DNA of 63,818 nucleotides, counting the filler, from Limisphaerales bacterium (GTDB lineage Bacteria; Verrucomicrobiota; Verrucomicrobiia; Limisphaerales; SIBE01), in NCBI GenBank assembly GCA_044225505.1. It is 3 parts of 3 records of this genome, joined end to end, with 100 filler letters (N's around TTAATTAATTAA, not from the genome) between each part and the next. Parts side by side here need not be neighbours in the genome. Positions count along the whole stretch, not along the records: positions 1 to 23,888 come from JBGAIN010000135.1; 2 more parts are not named here. The stretch is one strand, 5' to 3'. Every line of letters starts with the position of its first letter. The stretch's first letter is position 1. The position numbers were made by a program, and so were the translations under genes. Below, one piece after another: positions 9,730 through 20,229 of this stretch. The notes under the pieces were generated by a model. That model was given only the letters and a program-made list of their open reading frames with translations. It ran no database searches and had not been told where the DNA came from.

Positions 9730-12567
9730 ATGAAACCAACAATTCTCCTCGTGGCTGCTGTCTGCCTTGCGACGATAGTCATTCACTCGCACGGTCAAGA
9801 TGCTACCGGTGACGCCAAGCTGACCGTTCGCCGCTCATCTCAAGGCCTTGAACTCTCCTGGCCTGGCACCGTGCAGACGTCCGATGCTGCCATGGTTCGG
9901 CCCTACTTCGAGCTGCAGGGCAGCGCCGATTTGCTGAGCTGGCAGCCGATGGGGCAGCGCCAACGAGCGACGTCGGCAACGGCGGCTGAGTTGCTCGGCG
10001 TGACGCTGAGCGCCAGTGAGCCGTACTCCTTTTACCGGTTGCTGAGCGTCCAGCCGAGCAGCGTCGCCAAGCTCGGCTCGGGCGGCGCCGAAGTGTTCGG
10101 TTACGGCGACGCCTTCGCGCAAGAGTTGCAGCGCATCGGGCAGATTTCACCGGAGCAGTTTGCCGCCCTGTTTCCAAACGGAGCGAACTACCTGCCGGCC
10201 ATTTCCTGGGACCCAACCAGCGCACAGTATTGGGATCAGTTCAACGCCGACATCGAGCAAGTGAACAAGGGCAAGACATGGGGAGAACCTGGTTTTCGAT
10301 CCTTCGACACACGTCTTGACGCTGCGGAGTTCGCGGTTTTCAAGAAGAATGGATTCGTCGCCAGCGAGCGGCTCGGCGCGCGCAGTTTTGCCGATCTGTT
10401 CTACGCCCTTTGGCACAATGATCTGCCTGTCTTCATCTCCTGCGATGCCTTGCTCCAAGCCTGGCACCGCAGCTACGACGCCATGCTCGAGGAAATTGAA
10501 GAAACATATCTTTTCAACTCGGTGCAGACGATGCTCGATGGGATGACCGCTCAGGTTATCGCGGCGTCCACCGAAGCGGGCAACGGTGTTCTGAACGAGA
10601 GTTTGCTCGATGCGGACTATTTCTTGGCGGTCGCGCGCTCTTTGCTGACGGGCACGAACAGTCCGCCTATCACTCCACTGCCCGTCCTGAAAGCGCGTGT
10701 GGTGTCGACCCTTGCGGACATCCAAGATGAACAACTCAAGCAGGCTGGCGATTTCATGGGTTTCTGCAGGGTGGTGGACTTTTCGCAATTCAAGGTGCGC
10801 GGACATTACACGCACACCGAGCGGCTCGGTCGTTACTTCAAATGCGTGATGTGGCTCGGGCGTATCGATGTGCCAGTGGCCGGCGGGCCGTGGAAGCGTT
10901 GCCCCGGTCTCGAGCGGATGGCCTCACCGCGCGAGTTAGGCGTGGCCATCGTGCTCTGGCGCTTGCTCCACACCTCGGGTCAGTTCGAGCGTTGGCGCGA
11001 CCTGGAGCAGATCGTTCAAACCTTTGTCGGAGCCACCGATTCGATGACCTTTGGGCAATTGGGCGGGCTGCTCGCGGGCGCGGGCATTCAAACTTTGTCC
11101 GATGTGCGCGATCTTGCCACTCTCGAAAATTTGCAGAACGACATGGCGCGTGGTGAACTTGGAGTGCAGAGCATCCGCAGCGACTGGTTTGAACAACCCT
11201 TGGGTGGGGCCGCGCGCTACGCTCTGCCGCGGACTTTCACGGTCTTGGGACAGAAATTTGTGCCGGACAGCTGGGCGTTCTCTCAAACGGTCTTCGACAG
11301 CATTCTCCGGACGGAGAACGGCATGACCAACAAAGTGCAGCGGCGCGTTCCGGGCGCCCTGGATATCGCGTTTTCGGTTTTGGGCAACGATCAGATCGTT
11401 CCCGAGCTTTTGGCGCAAATGAATGGCCAGTTCGCCGACACAAATCGCCCACATGCCCAGCGCTTTCGGGACAGCCTGCCCTACCAGCAAAACTTGGCGG
11501 CGGTGCGCGGTGTGATCGATCTGCAGTCGTCCAGTGCCTGGGACAGTAATCTCTACACAAGCTGGCTGGCCTGCCTGCGAGAACTTTCCGCACCGACCAC
11601 TGCATTGACCTATCCCGAAGCACTGCGGACGCGCGCCTGGGCCATGAAGACACTCAACACGCAACTCGCTTCATGGACCCAACTTCGCCACGATACAGTG
11701 CTTTACGCCAAGCAGTCGTATACGGCTGCCGGTCAGTGCGTCTATCCGACTGGGTATGTTGAACCGCGCCTCGAGTTCTGGAGGCGCCTGAGGGCCATGG
11801 TAACTCGCGCCGCGGAACTGATCGCCAAGCTGCGATATGTTGGAGATTACCCGATGGTCACGGGCCGCCCACCTCAATTCGACCCCGAAACGGGCGAAGC
11901 CTACGATCCCGGCGAGTTGAAGACCAACCTCATCTCGCTCGTTGAAATCCAAGCCCGCCAGATGGCCCAACTTCAGAACTTTGGGCGCATCGTCTCCCGC
12001 TTGGAACTCCTGGCAACGAAGGAACTCGCCCATGAATGCTTCGGTGACGAGGATGAACGATTCATCGACGGAATGATGCAAGGAAGCACTCTCGCGGGAG
12101 CTTGTGGCGATTTTCCGAAGTTCAGCGGCTGGTACCCGCAACTGTTCTACCGGACAATCTACTGGACTGAAGACGAGCTGTTCCACACGACTTACGGGGC
12201 CGGAGCATTTGACGGTCTTGTGACGGACGTCCATACAGATGTCCCCTGCCTGGACTGTGGCGGTGATCCTGGCAGCGTGCTGCACGAAGCAACTGGGCGA
12301 GTGAACTTGCTGATGCTCGCCGTGGACAATGGCGCGGACCGCTTCATCTGCGCGGGTCCGGTGCTGAGCCATTACGAGTTTGAAGTCATCGGCGATCCTC
12401 GCCGGATCTCGGATCAAGAATGGCGCGGGCCAGGTGCTTGGTTTGACCAAAACGGTATTCTTCAAATGAATTTTCCCGACGACGTCCCGGCAAGCCGCAT
12501 CGAGGGCCTCGCACCTCCGGAATGGACCGGCAGTTACCTCGTCCCGGCGCCGAGAGGGTCACCATAG
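9730..12567 (+). CDS. Exported DUF3160-like protein
   Basis: Signal peptide; DFSQFKVRGHYT, LNTQLASWTQLRHDTVLYAKQSY, GYVEP and GPVLSHYEF motifs recalled from DUF3160. Confidence 0.8.
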   Translation: MKPTILLVAAVCLATIVIHSHGQDATGDAKLTVRRSSQGLELSWPGTVQTSDAAMVRPYFELQGSADLLSWQPMGQRQRATSATAAELLGVTLSASEPYSFYRLLSVQPSSVAKLGSGGAEVFGYGDAFAQELQRIGQISPEQFAALFPNGANYLPAISWDPTSAQYWDQFNADIEQVNKGKTWGEPGFRSFDTRLDAAEFAVFKKNGFVASERLGARSFADLFYALWHNDLPVFISCDALLQAWHRSYDAMLEEIEETYLFNSVQTMLDGMTAQVIAASTEAGNGVLNESLLDADYFLAVARSLLTGTNSPPITPLPVLKARVVSTLADIQDEQLKQAGDFMGFCRVVDFSQFKVRGHYTHTERLGRYFKCVMWLGRIDVPVAGGPWKRCPGLERMASPRELGVAIVLWRLLHTSGQFERWRDLEQIVQTFVGATDSMTFGQLGGLLAGAGIQTLSDVRDLATLENLQNDMARGELGVQSIRSDWFEQPLGGAARYALPRTFTVLGQKFVPDSWAFSQTVFDSILRTENGMTNKVQRRVPGALDIAFSVLGNDQIVPELLAQMNGQFADTNRPHAQRFRDSLPYQQNLAAVRGVIDLQSSSAWDSNLYTSWLACLRELSAPTTALTYPEALRTRAWAMKTLNTQLASWTQLRHDTVLYAKQSYTAAGQCVYPTGYVEPRLEFWRRLRAMVTRAAELIAKLRYVGDYPMVTGRPPQFDPETGEAYDPGELKTNLISLVEIQARQMAQLQNFGRIVSRLELLATKELAHECFGDEDERFIDGMMQGSTLAGACGDFPKFSGWYPQLFYRTIYWTEDELFHTTYGAGAFDGLVTDVHTDVPCLDCGGDPGSVLHEATGRVNLLMLAVDNGADRFICAGPVLSHYEFEVIGDPRRISDQEWRGPGAWFDQNGILQMNFPDDVPASRIEGLAPPEWTGSYLVPAPRGSP

Positions 12568-12682
12568 CACTGGCCACTTTCGCTCAAATCTTCATCAGCT
12601 CCCAATCCGCATGAAGAGCTGCCGATTCCATATGAGACCCCTCACTGCTTTTTCATCTTCGCGTTGGTGGCCCTGCAATCTG

Positions 12683-12875
12683 CCCAAAGCAAGTCCACAC
12701 CTCGGCCGTGAAGAAGTCGGCGGCCGCCAACGCCTCTTGGTGCGCTCGCATGAATTCCTTTCCGGCGGTTTGTGCCGTTCTGTGGCAGGCCCAATTCTGT
12801 GTCGCCGCAGGATATCGGCGACGGTGTGGTCACTAATCCTGTAGCCAGCTACTCCAGGGCGCCTTCAATCCAATC
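12683..12875 (-). pseudogene. IS transposase remnant (integrase-core/rve type)
   Basis: Manual translation across a stop and frameshifts: IEGALE*L/GYRISDHTVADILRRHRIGPATER/KEFMRAHQEALAAADFFTAEVWT. Confidence 0.75.
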
Positions 12876-13088
12876 AAATGCGCCATCCGTGCGGAGCAGC
12901 CCCAAGCGGTGTTTGAAAAGTCGACGGGGATACAGACTCAAAGCCTGCAGCCCGCCCCGCGCGAGATAGTGCTCGGCTGGCCGGTCGAATCTCTGCATCG
13001 GCTTCCGCGTGGGAGTGATGTGCTCGGCTCGAGATTAGCCGTCGAGTGCAGCGAAGGATCCACAGAACGAGCCCGGGTGCCGCAGTAG

Positions 13089-13325
13089 TCACCCTTCAGC
13101 TAGGTCTCCTCCGAACAGTTGAGGCAGGTCGATCATACCGTGCTTGATGCGTAGGATTTCGATGGTTTCCTCCTGCCAGCCATAGAATAGGCGGTAGCGT
13201 GGGTAGAGCTGCGCACGTGTAAGCTGCGAATGCCTGCAGGAGTCAAATCTCGCCGAAGCCGACCCAGGTCTGGCTGTTTTTCGACCCGCCTTACGGTTAC
13301 CATCACTTCCTCGTGTCAGCGAGCT
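13089..13325 (-). pseudogene. ParE/RelE-family toxin remnant
   Basis: R*HEEVMVTVRRVEKQPDLGRLRRDLTPAGIRSL / YPRYRLFYGWQEETIEILRIKHGMIDLPQLF; internal stop and frameshift; absent from the ORF track. Confidence 0.75.
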
Positions 13326-13713
13326 GCGGTTTCGGAAGACGCTTTCGGTGGAGTTAGAAAGTGGCGAGGCGTAGTTCGCCGGAGGCGTAGCAGAGCTTGG
13401 TGATCAGATCGGTTGTGGACCGATATCCTTCTACCGTCTTTTCATCTCCAGCGTTAGGATTCTTAGAAGACGGAACGTCCTCTCATGGGACGTGCTGGTG
13501 AGACGGAAAGTGGCGCGGCACGGCGTCGATTCTCCTGATCGAATTCTGCGCGTAGAATGGAATCTGGAAAGCCAGCCTGGCGGGCAAACTACTGTTCAGG
13601 ATTCAACGTCATGCTTGCAGCCGCCGAACCAGCGCAGGCGAAGCCGTGGGATCGGACAGGCCTGATCCTGCCAGTCCAGCGGTGTCCGCAATCTTGTGGC
13701 TGTCAGCCTCTCA

Positions 13714-13910
13714 TCAATTGGATGGCTGAGAAGCACGCTGCGGAATTTTGGCATGCTTAAGTTCAGGCAAATTTGTAAGGCCGGCGTAGAATGCCTTCGT
13801 TACCGTCGGATTTGAATGTCCCAAATACCGCTGCGCGACGAACAGACCGAAAGAGGTCGCCACGTAAGAGCCAAATTCCTTGCGAAGAAGCTGACAGGGA
13901 TTGCTCCCTC
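13714..13910 (-). pseudogene. Tyrosine recombinase/integrase C-terminal remnant
   Basis: LLRKEFGS...AQRYLGHSNPTVTKAFYA matches the box II (H-x-x-R ... LGH ... Y) motif, with the first His replaced by Gln. Confidence 0.75.
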
Positions 13911-14045
13911 GTTTCCGTCCTGAACTGTTGTTGGCTGCCCGCTGGTGTTTATGGTTCGATTCGATGATCACTCATTCCGTTCCGTCTGGTTACTGGCCAA
14001 AAGAGGACCTTGGCTGGACATGAGCCGACGATCTCAATCCCTTTG

Positions 14046-14085
14046 CATGATCGCTTGGTCGGAGGTTCAAATCCCTCTGGGCCAA
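14046..14085 (+). other. tRNA 3'-half fragment (Ile2/Met-CAT-like), probable att-site remnant
   Basis: CATGATCGCTTGGTCGGAGGTTCAAATCCCTCTGGGCCAA has a T-loop (GGTTCAAATCC) and acceptor 3' strand but no 5' half or D-arm; adjacent to the integrase remnant. Confidence 0.65.
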
Positions 14086-14172
14086 GGCTACTCGCAGGAT
14101 TTGGAGGTCAGCTTCCGCCGCCTCAATTTCTGGCTCTGATTTCGCTCCCCTACGAGACGAGACCGATTCGCG

Positions 14173-16491
14173 TCATTGTCCGTCCCAACGGTACGTTGTC
14201 CCCTGGGAAAGCTTCACCTCGCGCTTTACCGGGCCATAACGCAGTTGCGTAGCACCCCCGTTCGGAGAACGAATATTGGTTTCCAGTAACTTCCCGTCCC
14301 TCCACGTCACATCCACTTGAAACCCTCCGCGCGCTCGCAACCCTCTCACCGAACCGCTCGCCCACGCCTTGGGCAGTGCGGGCAAGAGCTCGATTTCGCC
14401 GGCACGGGATTGGACCAGCATCTCCGCAATTCCCGCTGCGCCCCCGAAATTGCCGTCAATTTGGAAAGGCGGATGGGCGTCAAACATGTTTGGGTAGGTG
14501 CGCTCAGGGCTGAGGAGGAATTTCAGGATCTCAAACGCATGGTCTCCATCGCCCAGGTGCGTCCACAGGCAGAGGCGCCAGGCCGTCGCCCAGCCGGTGG
14601 CTTTGTCCCCCCGGATTTCCAGGGACTTCTTTACGGCCGCGGCCAGTTCCGTGGTTCCGCGTCGTGTGATGTCTCGGCCAGGATAAAGGCCATAGAGGTG
14701 CGAAACGTGCCGGTGATGAATCTCGGGCGCTTTCATATCCCAGTCTTCGATCCATTCCTGCAATTGACCGGCGTTGCCAATTTGGTTCGGGGCCAGCCGA
14801 GCGCGGGTCGTCACGAGTTGATGGCGGAAAGTTTCATCGACGTCGAGGGTTTCCGACGCCTGGATCGTGTGGGCGAACAGGTCACGCAAGATTTGCATGT
14901 CCATCGTTGGACCGGCGCAGACGGCCGCACCGAACGGGTGACCATTTTCGGGCGAAAGCGAAGGATTGGTAACGAGCCATTTGTGATTCGGATCTTCCTG
15001 CAGGGTGTCGATGAAGAATTCCGCTGCGCCCTTGAGAATGGGGTAAATGCGTTTTAATTCCGCTTTGTCACCGCTATATTCGTAGCGGTCCCAAAGGTGC
15101 AGGCAAAGCCACGCACCGCCGCTCGGCCACATGCCCCAGTTCGGCCCATCAATTGGCGCTGACGCGCGCCAGAGATCCGTATTGTGATGCACCATCCAGC
15201 CGCTTGCGCCGTACATCTCCCGGGCCGTGCGGGCGCCGGTCACGGTGAGGTCGTTGACCATTGCGATCAAAGGCTCGACGCATTCAGCGAGGTTGCCAGA
15301 TTCAGCGGGCCAATAGTTCATTTCCGTGTTGATGTTGATGGTGTATTTGCTTTGCCAGGGCGGATTCAAACTGTCGTTCCACAGACCTTGAAGGTTCGCT
15401 GCCTGCCCACCTGGGCGCGAAGAACTAATGAGCAAATAGCGGCCGAACTGATAATAGAGCGCCGCCAGTTGCGGATCGTTGCCTTCAGCAAACTGCCGAA
15501 TGCGCACATCCGTCGGCAGCTTCATGGCATCGCTTTGCCCTAGGTCAATGGACACTCGTCGGAAAAGGGCTTGATGATCGGCAAGCTGCGTTGCGCGGAG
15601 GTCGGCAAAGGATTTTCGAGTCGCGGCCGCGAGTAGTTCTTGTACGATACTTTCTGGATCACCGCTTGCGTCATTGAAGTTCTTATAGCTCGTAGCAGCG
15701 CAGATGAGCAAAGTGACCGTGTCGGCGTCGGTCACCGAGATCTTCCCGGCTTCGGTGCTTGTTTTGCCTCCCTGTACAATTGTCTTAACGCGAGCTTCGA
15801 ATTTGACTTGGCCCTTGATGCCACCTGAGTCACCGCCTTTCCCACGCATGACCAAGGTGTCATTACCGTCGGACTCCACCGTAGCTTTCATCGGCGTTTT
15901 CATACTGGCTGTGAAAGAAATGCTCGCAGGTTTGTCGGCCGTCAGCCGCACGACAATGACACGGTCGGGCGCACTGGCAAAGATCTCCCGCGTGTAATGG
16001 ACGTCGTCCTTGCTATAACTGACGGTAGCCGTCGCACTATCGAGGTTCAGGTCGCGTCGATAATTCTCCACGGTTGCCTCGGGAAAACTCAGCAACAGAT
16101 CGCCCAAAGTCTGGTAGGGCATTTGCGCGAGTGGCTTGGCCATCACCTTCGCGCTGATGAGCGCGGTGGCTTCCTTGTATTTACCCTCGTTGATCAGCTG
16201 TCGGACGCGCGGCAGCGCTTCCTTGGCTTCGGGGTTCACCGGATCGTACGGCCCGCCGGCCCACAGCGTGCCTTCATTGAGCTGAAGTCGTTCTAGATTC
16301 TGTCCGCCAAAAACCATCGCGCCCATCCGTCCGTTACCGACGGGTAGCGCTTCCACCCATTTCGTCGCGGGCTTGTTATACCAAAGCACGAGGGAGTTTT
16401 CTCCAGCGAGCTGGGCCGCCATCGTTGGTCCCGTCGAGGCCATCAGGATTGCGAACACCGTACACTTTAGTAACTTGAACTGGGTATTCAT
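14173..16491 (-). CDS. GH95 alpha-L-fucosidase-like glycoside hydrolase, exported
   Basis: WVEALPVGNGRMGAM, FGRYLLISSSR, NLQGLWN, NINTEMNYW, HRHVSHL and HPPFQIDGNFG. Confidence 0.93.
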   Translation of the reverse strand: MNTQFKLLKCTVFAILMASTGPTMAAQLAGENSLVLWYNKPATKWVEALPVGNGRMGAMVFGGQNLERLQLNEGTLWAGGPYDPVNPEAKEALPRVRQLINEGKYKEATALISAKVMAKPLAQMPYQTLGDLLLSFPEATVENYRRDLNLDSATATVSYSKDDVHYTREIFASAPDRVIVVRLTADKPASISFTASMKTPMKATVESDGNDTLVMRGKGGDSGGIKGQVKFEARVKTIVQGGKTSTEAGKISVTDADTVTLLICAATSYKNFNDASGDPESIVQELLAAATRKSFADLRATQLADHQALFRRVSIDLGQSDAMKLPTDVRIRQFAEGNDPQLAALYYQFGRYLLISSSRPGGQAANLQGLWNDSLNPPWQSKYTININTEMNYWPAESGNLAECVEPLIAMVNDLTVTGARTAREMYGASGWMVHHNTDLWRASAPIDGPNWGMWPSGGAWLCLHLWDRYEYSGDKAELKRIYPILKGAAEFFIDTLQEDPNHKWLVTNPSLSPENGHPFGAAVCAGPTMDMQILRDLFAHTIQASETLDVDETFRHQLVTTRARLAPNQIGNAGQLQEWIEDWDMKAPEIHHRHVSHLYGLYPGRDITRRGTTELAAAVKKSLEIRGDKATGWATAWRLCLWTHLGDGDHAFEILKFLLSPERTYPNMFDAHPPFQIDGNFGGAAGIAEMLVQSRAGEIELLPALPKAWASGSVRGLRARGGFQVDVTWRDGKLLETNIRSPNGGATQLRYGPVKREVKLSQGTTYRWDGQ

Positions 16492-16614
16492 TTGTAAGGC
16501 GATTAGACATCGGTTTAGTCATCGGAGTAAAGCTTTCGAACATCAATGTTCGATCCTCCGCGAAACGATTCGTTGAGCGGGCGTGGGACACTTCCACGGC
16601 AAGCGGCACCGAAC

Positions 16615-17010
16615 TCACTTTTGATACTGTTCGTCGCTGACTTTCTCCAGCCAATCCACGGCTTTGCCATCAAGTTGTTCCTGGATGGCAATGTGGGTGA
16701 GCGCGGTAGCCGGAGACGCGCCATGCCAATGCTTCTCGCCCGGGGCGAACCAGACAACGTCGCCTGGCCGGACTTCTTCGATCGGACTTTCCCAGCGCTG
16801 CACCCAACCGAAACCGGCGGTGATGATCAGCGTCTGGCCGAGAGGGTGGGTGTGCCAGGCGGTTCGAGCCCCAGGCTCGAAGGTGACGACGGCGCCCGCA
16901 ACTCGGGCTGGTTCTGCCGCCTTGAAGGGGGAATCGATTCGGACCGCGCCTGTGAACCAATCGGCGGGACCTTTGCTGGAAGGCTGCGAGCCGGCTCTTT
17001 GGATGTTCAT
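16615..17010 (-). CDS. Cupin-domain protein
   Basis: [20 protein letters not shown]...PGEKHWHGA cupin motifs. Confidence 0.9.
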   Translation of the reverse strand: MNIQRAGSQPSSKGPADWFTGAVRIDSPFKAAEPARVAGAVVTFEPGARTAWHTHPLGQTLIITAGFGWVQRWESPIEEVRPGDVVWFAPGEKHWHGASPATALTHIAIQEQLDGKAVDWLEKVSDEQYQK

Positions 17011-17294
17011 TTGAGATCGTTTTGTTGATTGAGTTGTAGAGCAAGTAAGGTTTTCCTAGAATCCCTGACTTGGGCGTTCCGGCCGCCAACTGTTTTCGCC
17101 CACGCCCAGACGCTGCATCCGTAACAGTGGCTTCCTTTCTATAGACGATTCAGTTACTCCGGGCGAGCCTTCATAGGTTGAAACAAATTCCGCTCGGCGG
17201 TGTCAAAAAGGGAATCTACGGCACGAATCACTTTGGTTAAAATTTTGTCGCCAGGCAACTGTAGGCAAGTACCGTGGAATGGTTACCAGTTAAA

Positions 17295-20081
17295 ATGTCC
17301 TTTATGAAATCGCATTTTGTAGGCGCATGTCTTGCGTTCTGCCTCGCCTTGAATTCTACCCGGGCGGGCGTCGTAATTAACGAGATCTTCTACAATGGGC
17401 CCGATGAAGAACAAAACGTCGAGTTTGTAGAGCTCTACAACCCGTCCGACGCGGCGGTGAATCTGTCAGGGTGGCGGCTCGATAAAGATGTGGAGTTCAC
17501 GTTTCCAACGGGGACAACCCTTGCTGCGGACGGTTATCTTGTGCTCGCCGCCGAGGCGGAATCCTTCCGGCAAGCCTACGGAACAGATCCTGCCGGTGTC
17601 TTCAAAGGCCGACTGGGACATCGAGCGGGCCGGATTCGCCTCGTGAACGCCAAAGGGAAGAAGGTCGACCAGGTTCGATACAAAGATCAGGCACCCTGGC
17701 CTACTGGAGCTGATGGCTACTCTGCCTCCTTGGAGCGTATCTGTCCTATGGTCGATGGCGAGAAGCCAGAGAATTGGGCCGCCTCTCCTTTACCGCCGGA
17801 CGAGCCAAGGCCAAGCGGAACGCCGGGCAAGCGCAATGTAAACTATGCGGCGGTCCTGCCACCGGTGATCGCCGGAGTAACATTTTTGCCCGAGCGGCCT
17901 CTTCCCGGTCAAGCGGTGACGGTTCGAGCCGAAGTGAAGGATGCTAGCGGAGTGGGGGAAGTTACCGTCCGTTTCCGGGGGGTGAGCAGTCCGGGGGCGG
18001 ATGTCAAAGAAATGGTGGTGCCAATGACGGGGGACGGTCCGCACTATGTTGCGACTATTCCCGGGCAAGCGAACAACCAGCTCGTCAGGTTCGTCGTTCA
18101 GGCAACGAACAGGAAAGGCGCTACTCGTGTCTGGCCGGCAATGGGCGAGCCGCGGCCAGCGGTTTCTTTCTTAGTCCACGAGCCGTTTCAACTGGGGAAG
18201 GTTCCGCTCGCGTTTGTCATGAACACGGACGCGAATGAAGCCAAATCCATGGAGAAGCACTTGCGCTCTCCGAACCAGCGCGGTTTCACGGAGGAGGACC
18301 AGATTCGGATGATGACTCGGATGCAGCTTGAAGCGGGACTGGACTTGGCACCGGTCTGGTTCGAGTTGGCAGGGGCAAAGGCGACATCGATCGACAGGTT
18401 AGCTGCGCTCCGGACGGTGATCACAAATCGGGCAGCAGCGGCGGAGAAACTGATCACGGAAACTCTCGAGTCCGGAGATTTGAAAGAGAAGGCCAAGACC
18501 ATTCCGGATCTCGCACGGACATTTCAGCACGAGTTAACGGAGGACCTCGCGTTCCGGATCGATGAAGCGCAGAAGAAGCGGATCACCGGCTTACAAGACG
18601 AGGCCCTCAAGGCGATAGCGGGTGGCCCGAGAGGATTCACGGCTGACATGCTGCTGAAACGGTTTCTGAACTTGGAAAGTTCCTTTTACAGGATCACCAC
18701 TCGTGCAGATATCACGCAGGCGCAGTTGGAGCGAGCGGCAGATTTGTTTCGATCGGCCGTGGCGCAGCGGGCGGCGCTAACAAACCTCGCCCAAGCCTTG
18801 ATTGATGGGCGCGGTGATTTCATGGATTTCCGTGAGAAAACTCAAACCATCAACGAGGATATCGCCAAGAAGTTGAAAGGCGTTTTGACGGCAGACCAGA
18901 ACCGAGATTGGTCTCGTTGGCGAAAACAAGCGGAGGCGTTTATGCCTGGCCAAGGTCGCTCGAAAGAACCTCAGCCTCCTCAAGGGCGATCTGCGTTTCT
19001 CTACGTGGACCCGCAGACCCGCGAAGCGGAGCTCTACGACTTCGTGACCGTCACAGAGCGCAATGCTGGATTAAACATCCATTTCCACAAGGACCGGCTG
19101 TTCCGGAAGATGAGCACTCTCAACGTTCTGTTTGAATCCAACGACCGATTTGTATTGGCAGAGCCGTTGGCCTATGAGTTTTACAGGCGCTTGGACAATG
19201 CTGCGCCGCTTGCCGGGTATTTGCGCTTGCAAGTGGATGGCAATCCTATGGGGTATTATGAATACATCGAACAGCCCAATCGATCATTTCTGCAACGCAA
19301 TCGATTGGGCGGAGATGGGAACCTCTACAAGATTTTGTGGTTCGAGAGCGGCGTAACCGGCCAGCACGAAAAAAAGACCAACCGGCAAAGCGGGCACGAC
19401 GATATTGTGCAATTGGTTGATCTCCTCGAGAAGTCAAAGGCCAACCCAGACGAACAGTGGGCCGTCATTCGAAAGCACTTCAATGTCGAGCAGGTGATCA
19501 ACTATTTTGCCGCCAACATGTGTCTGTCGCATTGGGATGGCTTTTTCAATAACTACTTCACATACCATGATCCTGTCCGTGGCAAATGGGAAATGTACCC
19601 ATGGGATCAAGATAAGACTTGGGGCTTTTACGATGGCCTCCCGGAGGGCGAGCAGTTTTACGACATGCCTATTACTTTTGGAATGGAAGGGGACATTCCT
19701 CCAGGGTGGCCAAAAGATCGCCCCGCTCCGCGCGGGTTCGGAGAGGGGCCTCAATGGTGGCGTCCCGGCGGTTATTTCTCCAAACCGCTGCTCGCGAACC
19801 CGCAGTTCCGGAAGCATTTTCTCGCCCGCACCAGAGAGATCCTTGATAGCATTTACACCGAGCGGGTTTTCTTCCCGTTAATTGACAGCACGGTCGAGCA
19901 GTTACGCGACGAAGTCCGGCTTCGTGCGGAACTTCGGCATGAGCCGCCAGAGGAGGCGGTGGAACGTTTGAAACGGAACGCGCAGTCGCTGAAAGAGCAC
20001 CTCTTGAAGCGTCGAAAATTCCTGTTGGAGCAGGACGAGATTCGATCTGCTGGGAAATACGTGCGGAGCGAGCTAAACTGA
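17295..20081 (+). CDS. Lamin-tail-domain + CotH kinase-family exported protein
   Basis: Signal peptide; VVINEIFYN...EFVELYN lamin-tail domain; CotH motifs EPLAYEFYR, WDGFFNNY and PWDQDKTWG. Confidence 0.85.
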   Translation: MSFMKSHFVGACLAFCLALNSTRAGVVINEIFYNGPDEEQNVEFVELYNPSDAAVNLSGWRLDKDVEFTFPTGTTLAADGYLVLAAEAESFRQAYGTDPAGVFKGRLGHRAGRIRLVNAKGKKVDQVRYKDQAPWPTGADGYSASLERICPMVDGEKPENWAASPLPPDEPRPSGTPGKRNVNYAAVLPPVIAGVTFLPERPLPGQAVTVRAEVKDASGVGEVTVRFRGVSSPGADVKEMVVPMTGDGPHYVATIPGQANNQLVRFVVQATNRKGATRVWPAMGEPRPAVSFLVHEPFQLGKVPLAFVMNTDANEAKSMEKHLRSPNQRGFTEEDQIRMMTRMQLEAGLDLAPVWFELAGAKATSIDRLAALRTVITNRAAAAEKLITETLESGDLKEKAKTIPDLARTFQHELTEDLAFRIDEAQKKRITGLQDEALKAIAGGPRGFTADMLLKRFLNLESSFYRITTRADITQAQLERAADLFRSAVAQRAALTNLAQALIDGRGDFMDFREKTQTINEDIAKKLKGVLTADQNRDWSRWRKQAEAFMPGQGRSKEPQPPQGRSAFLYVDPQTREAELYDFVTVTERNAGLNIHFHKDRLFRKMSTLNVLFESNDRFVLAEPLAYEFYRRLDNAAPLAGYLRLQVDGNPMGYYEYIEQPNRSFLQRNRLGGDGNLYKILWFESGVTGQHEKKTNRQSGHDDIVQLVDLLEKSKANPDEQWAVIRKHFNVEQVINYFAANMCLSHWDGFFNNYFTYHDPVRGKWEMYPWDQDKTWGFYDGLPEGEQFYDMPITFGMEGDIPPGWPKDRPAPRGFGEGPQWWRPGGYFSKPLLANPQFRKHFLARTREILDSIYTERVFFPLIDSTVEQLRDEVRLRAELRHEPPEEAVERLKRNAQSLKEHLLKRRKFLLEQDEIRSAGKYVRSELN

Positions 20082-20229
20082 GCGGAAGGCGCAAGATCGG
20101 GGTGATCCGCGAAAGATTTCGTCGGCGTAGAGGCTGCCGTTGCTCGATGGGCGGCACAATGCGTCACCATCGGACAGTCCGCTCCGGGGGCGCGGCTTCA
20201 TTCCATAGTTTGACCGGCTTGCCGATTCC

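Noticed and set aside
14046..14085. A functional tRNA gene
   Set aside because: Only the 3' half is present, the T-stem is imperfect, and there is no D-arm or 5' acceptor strand
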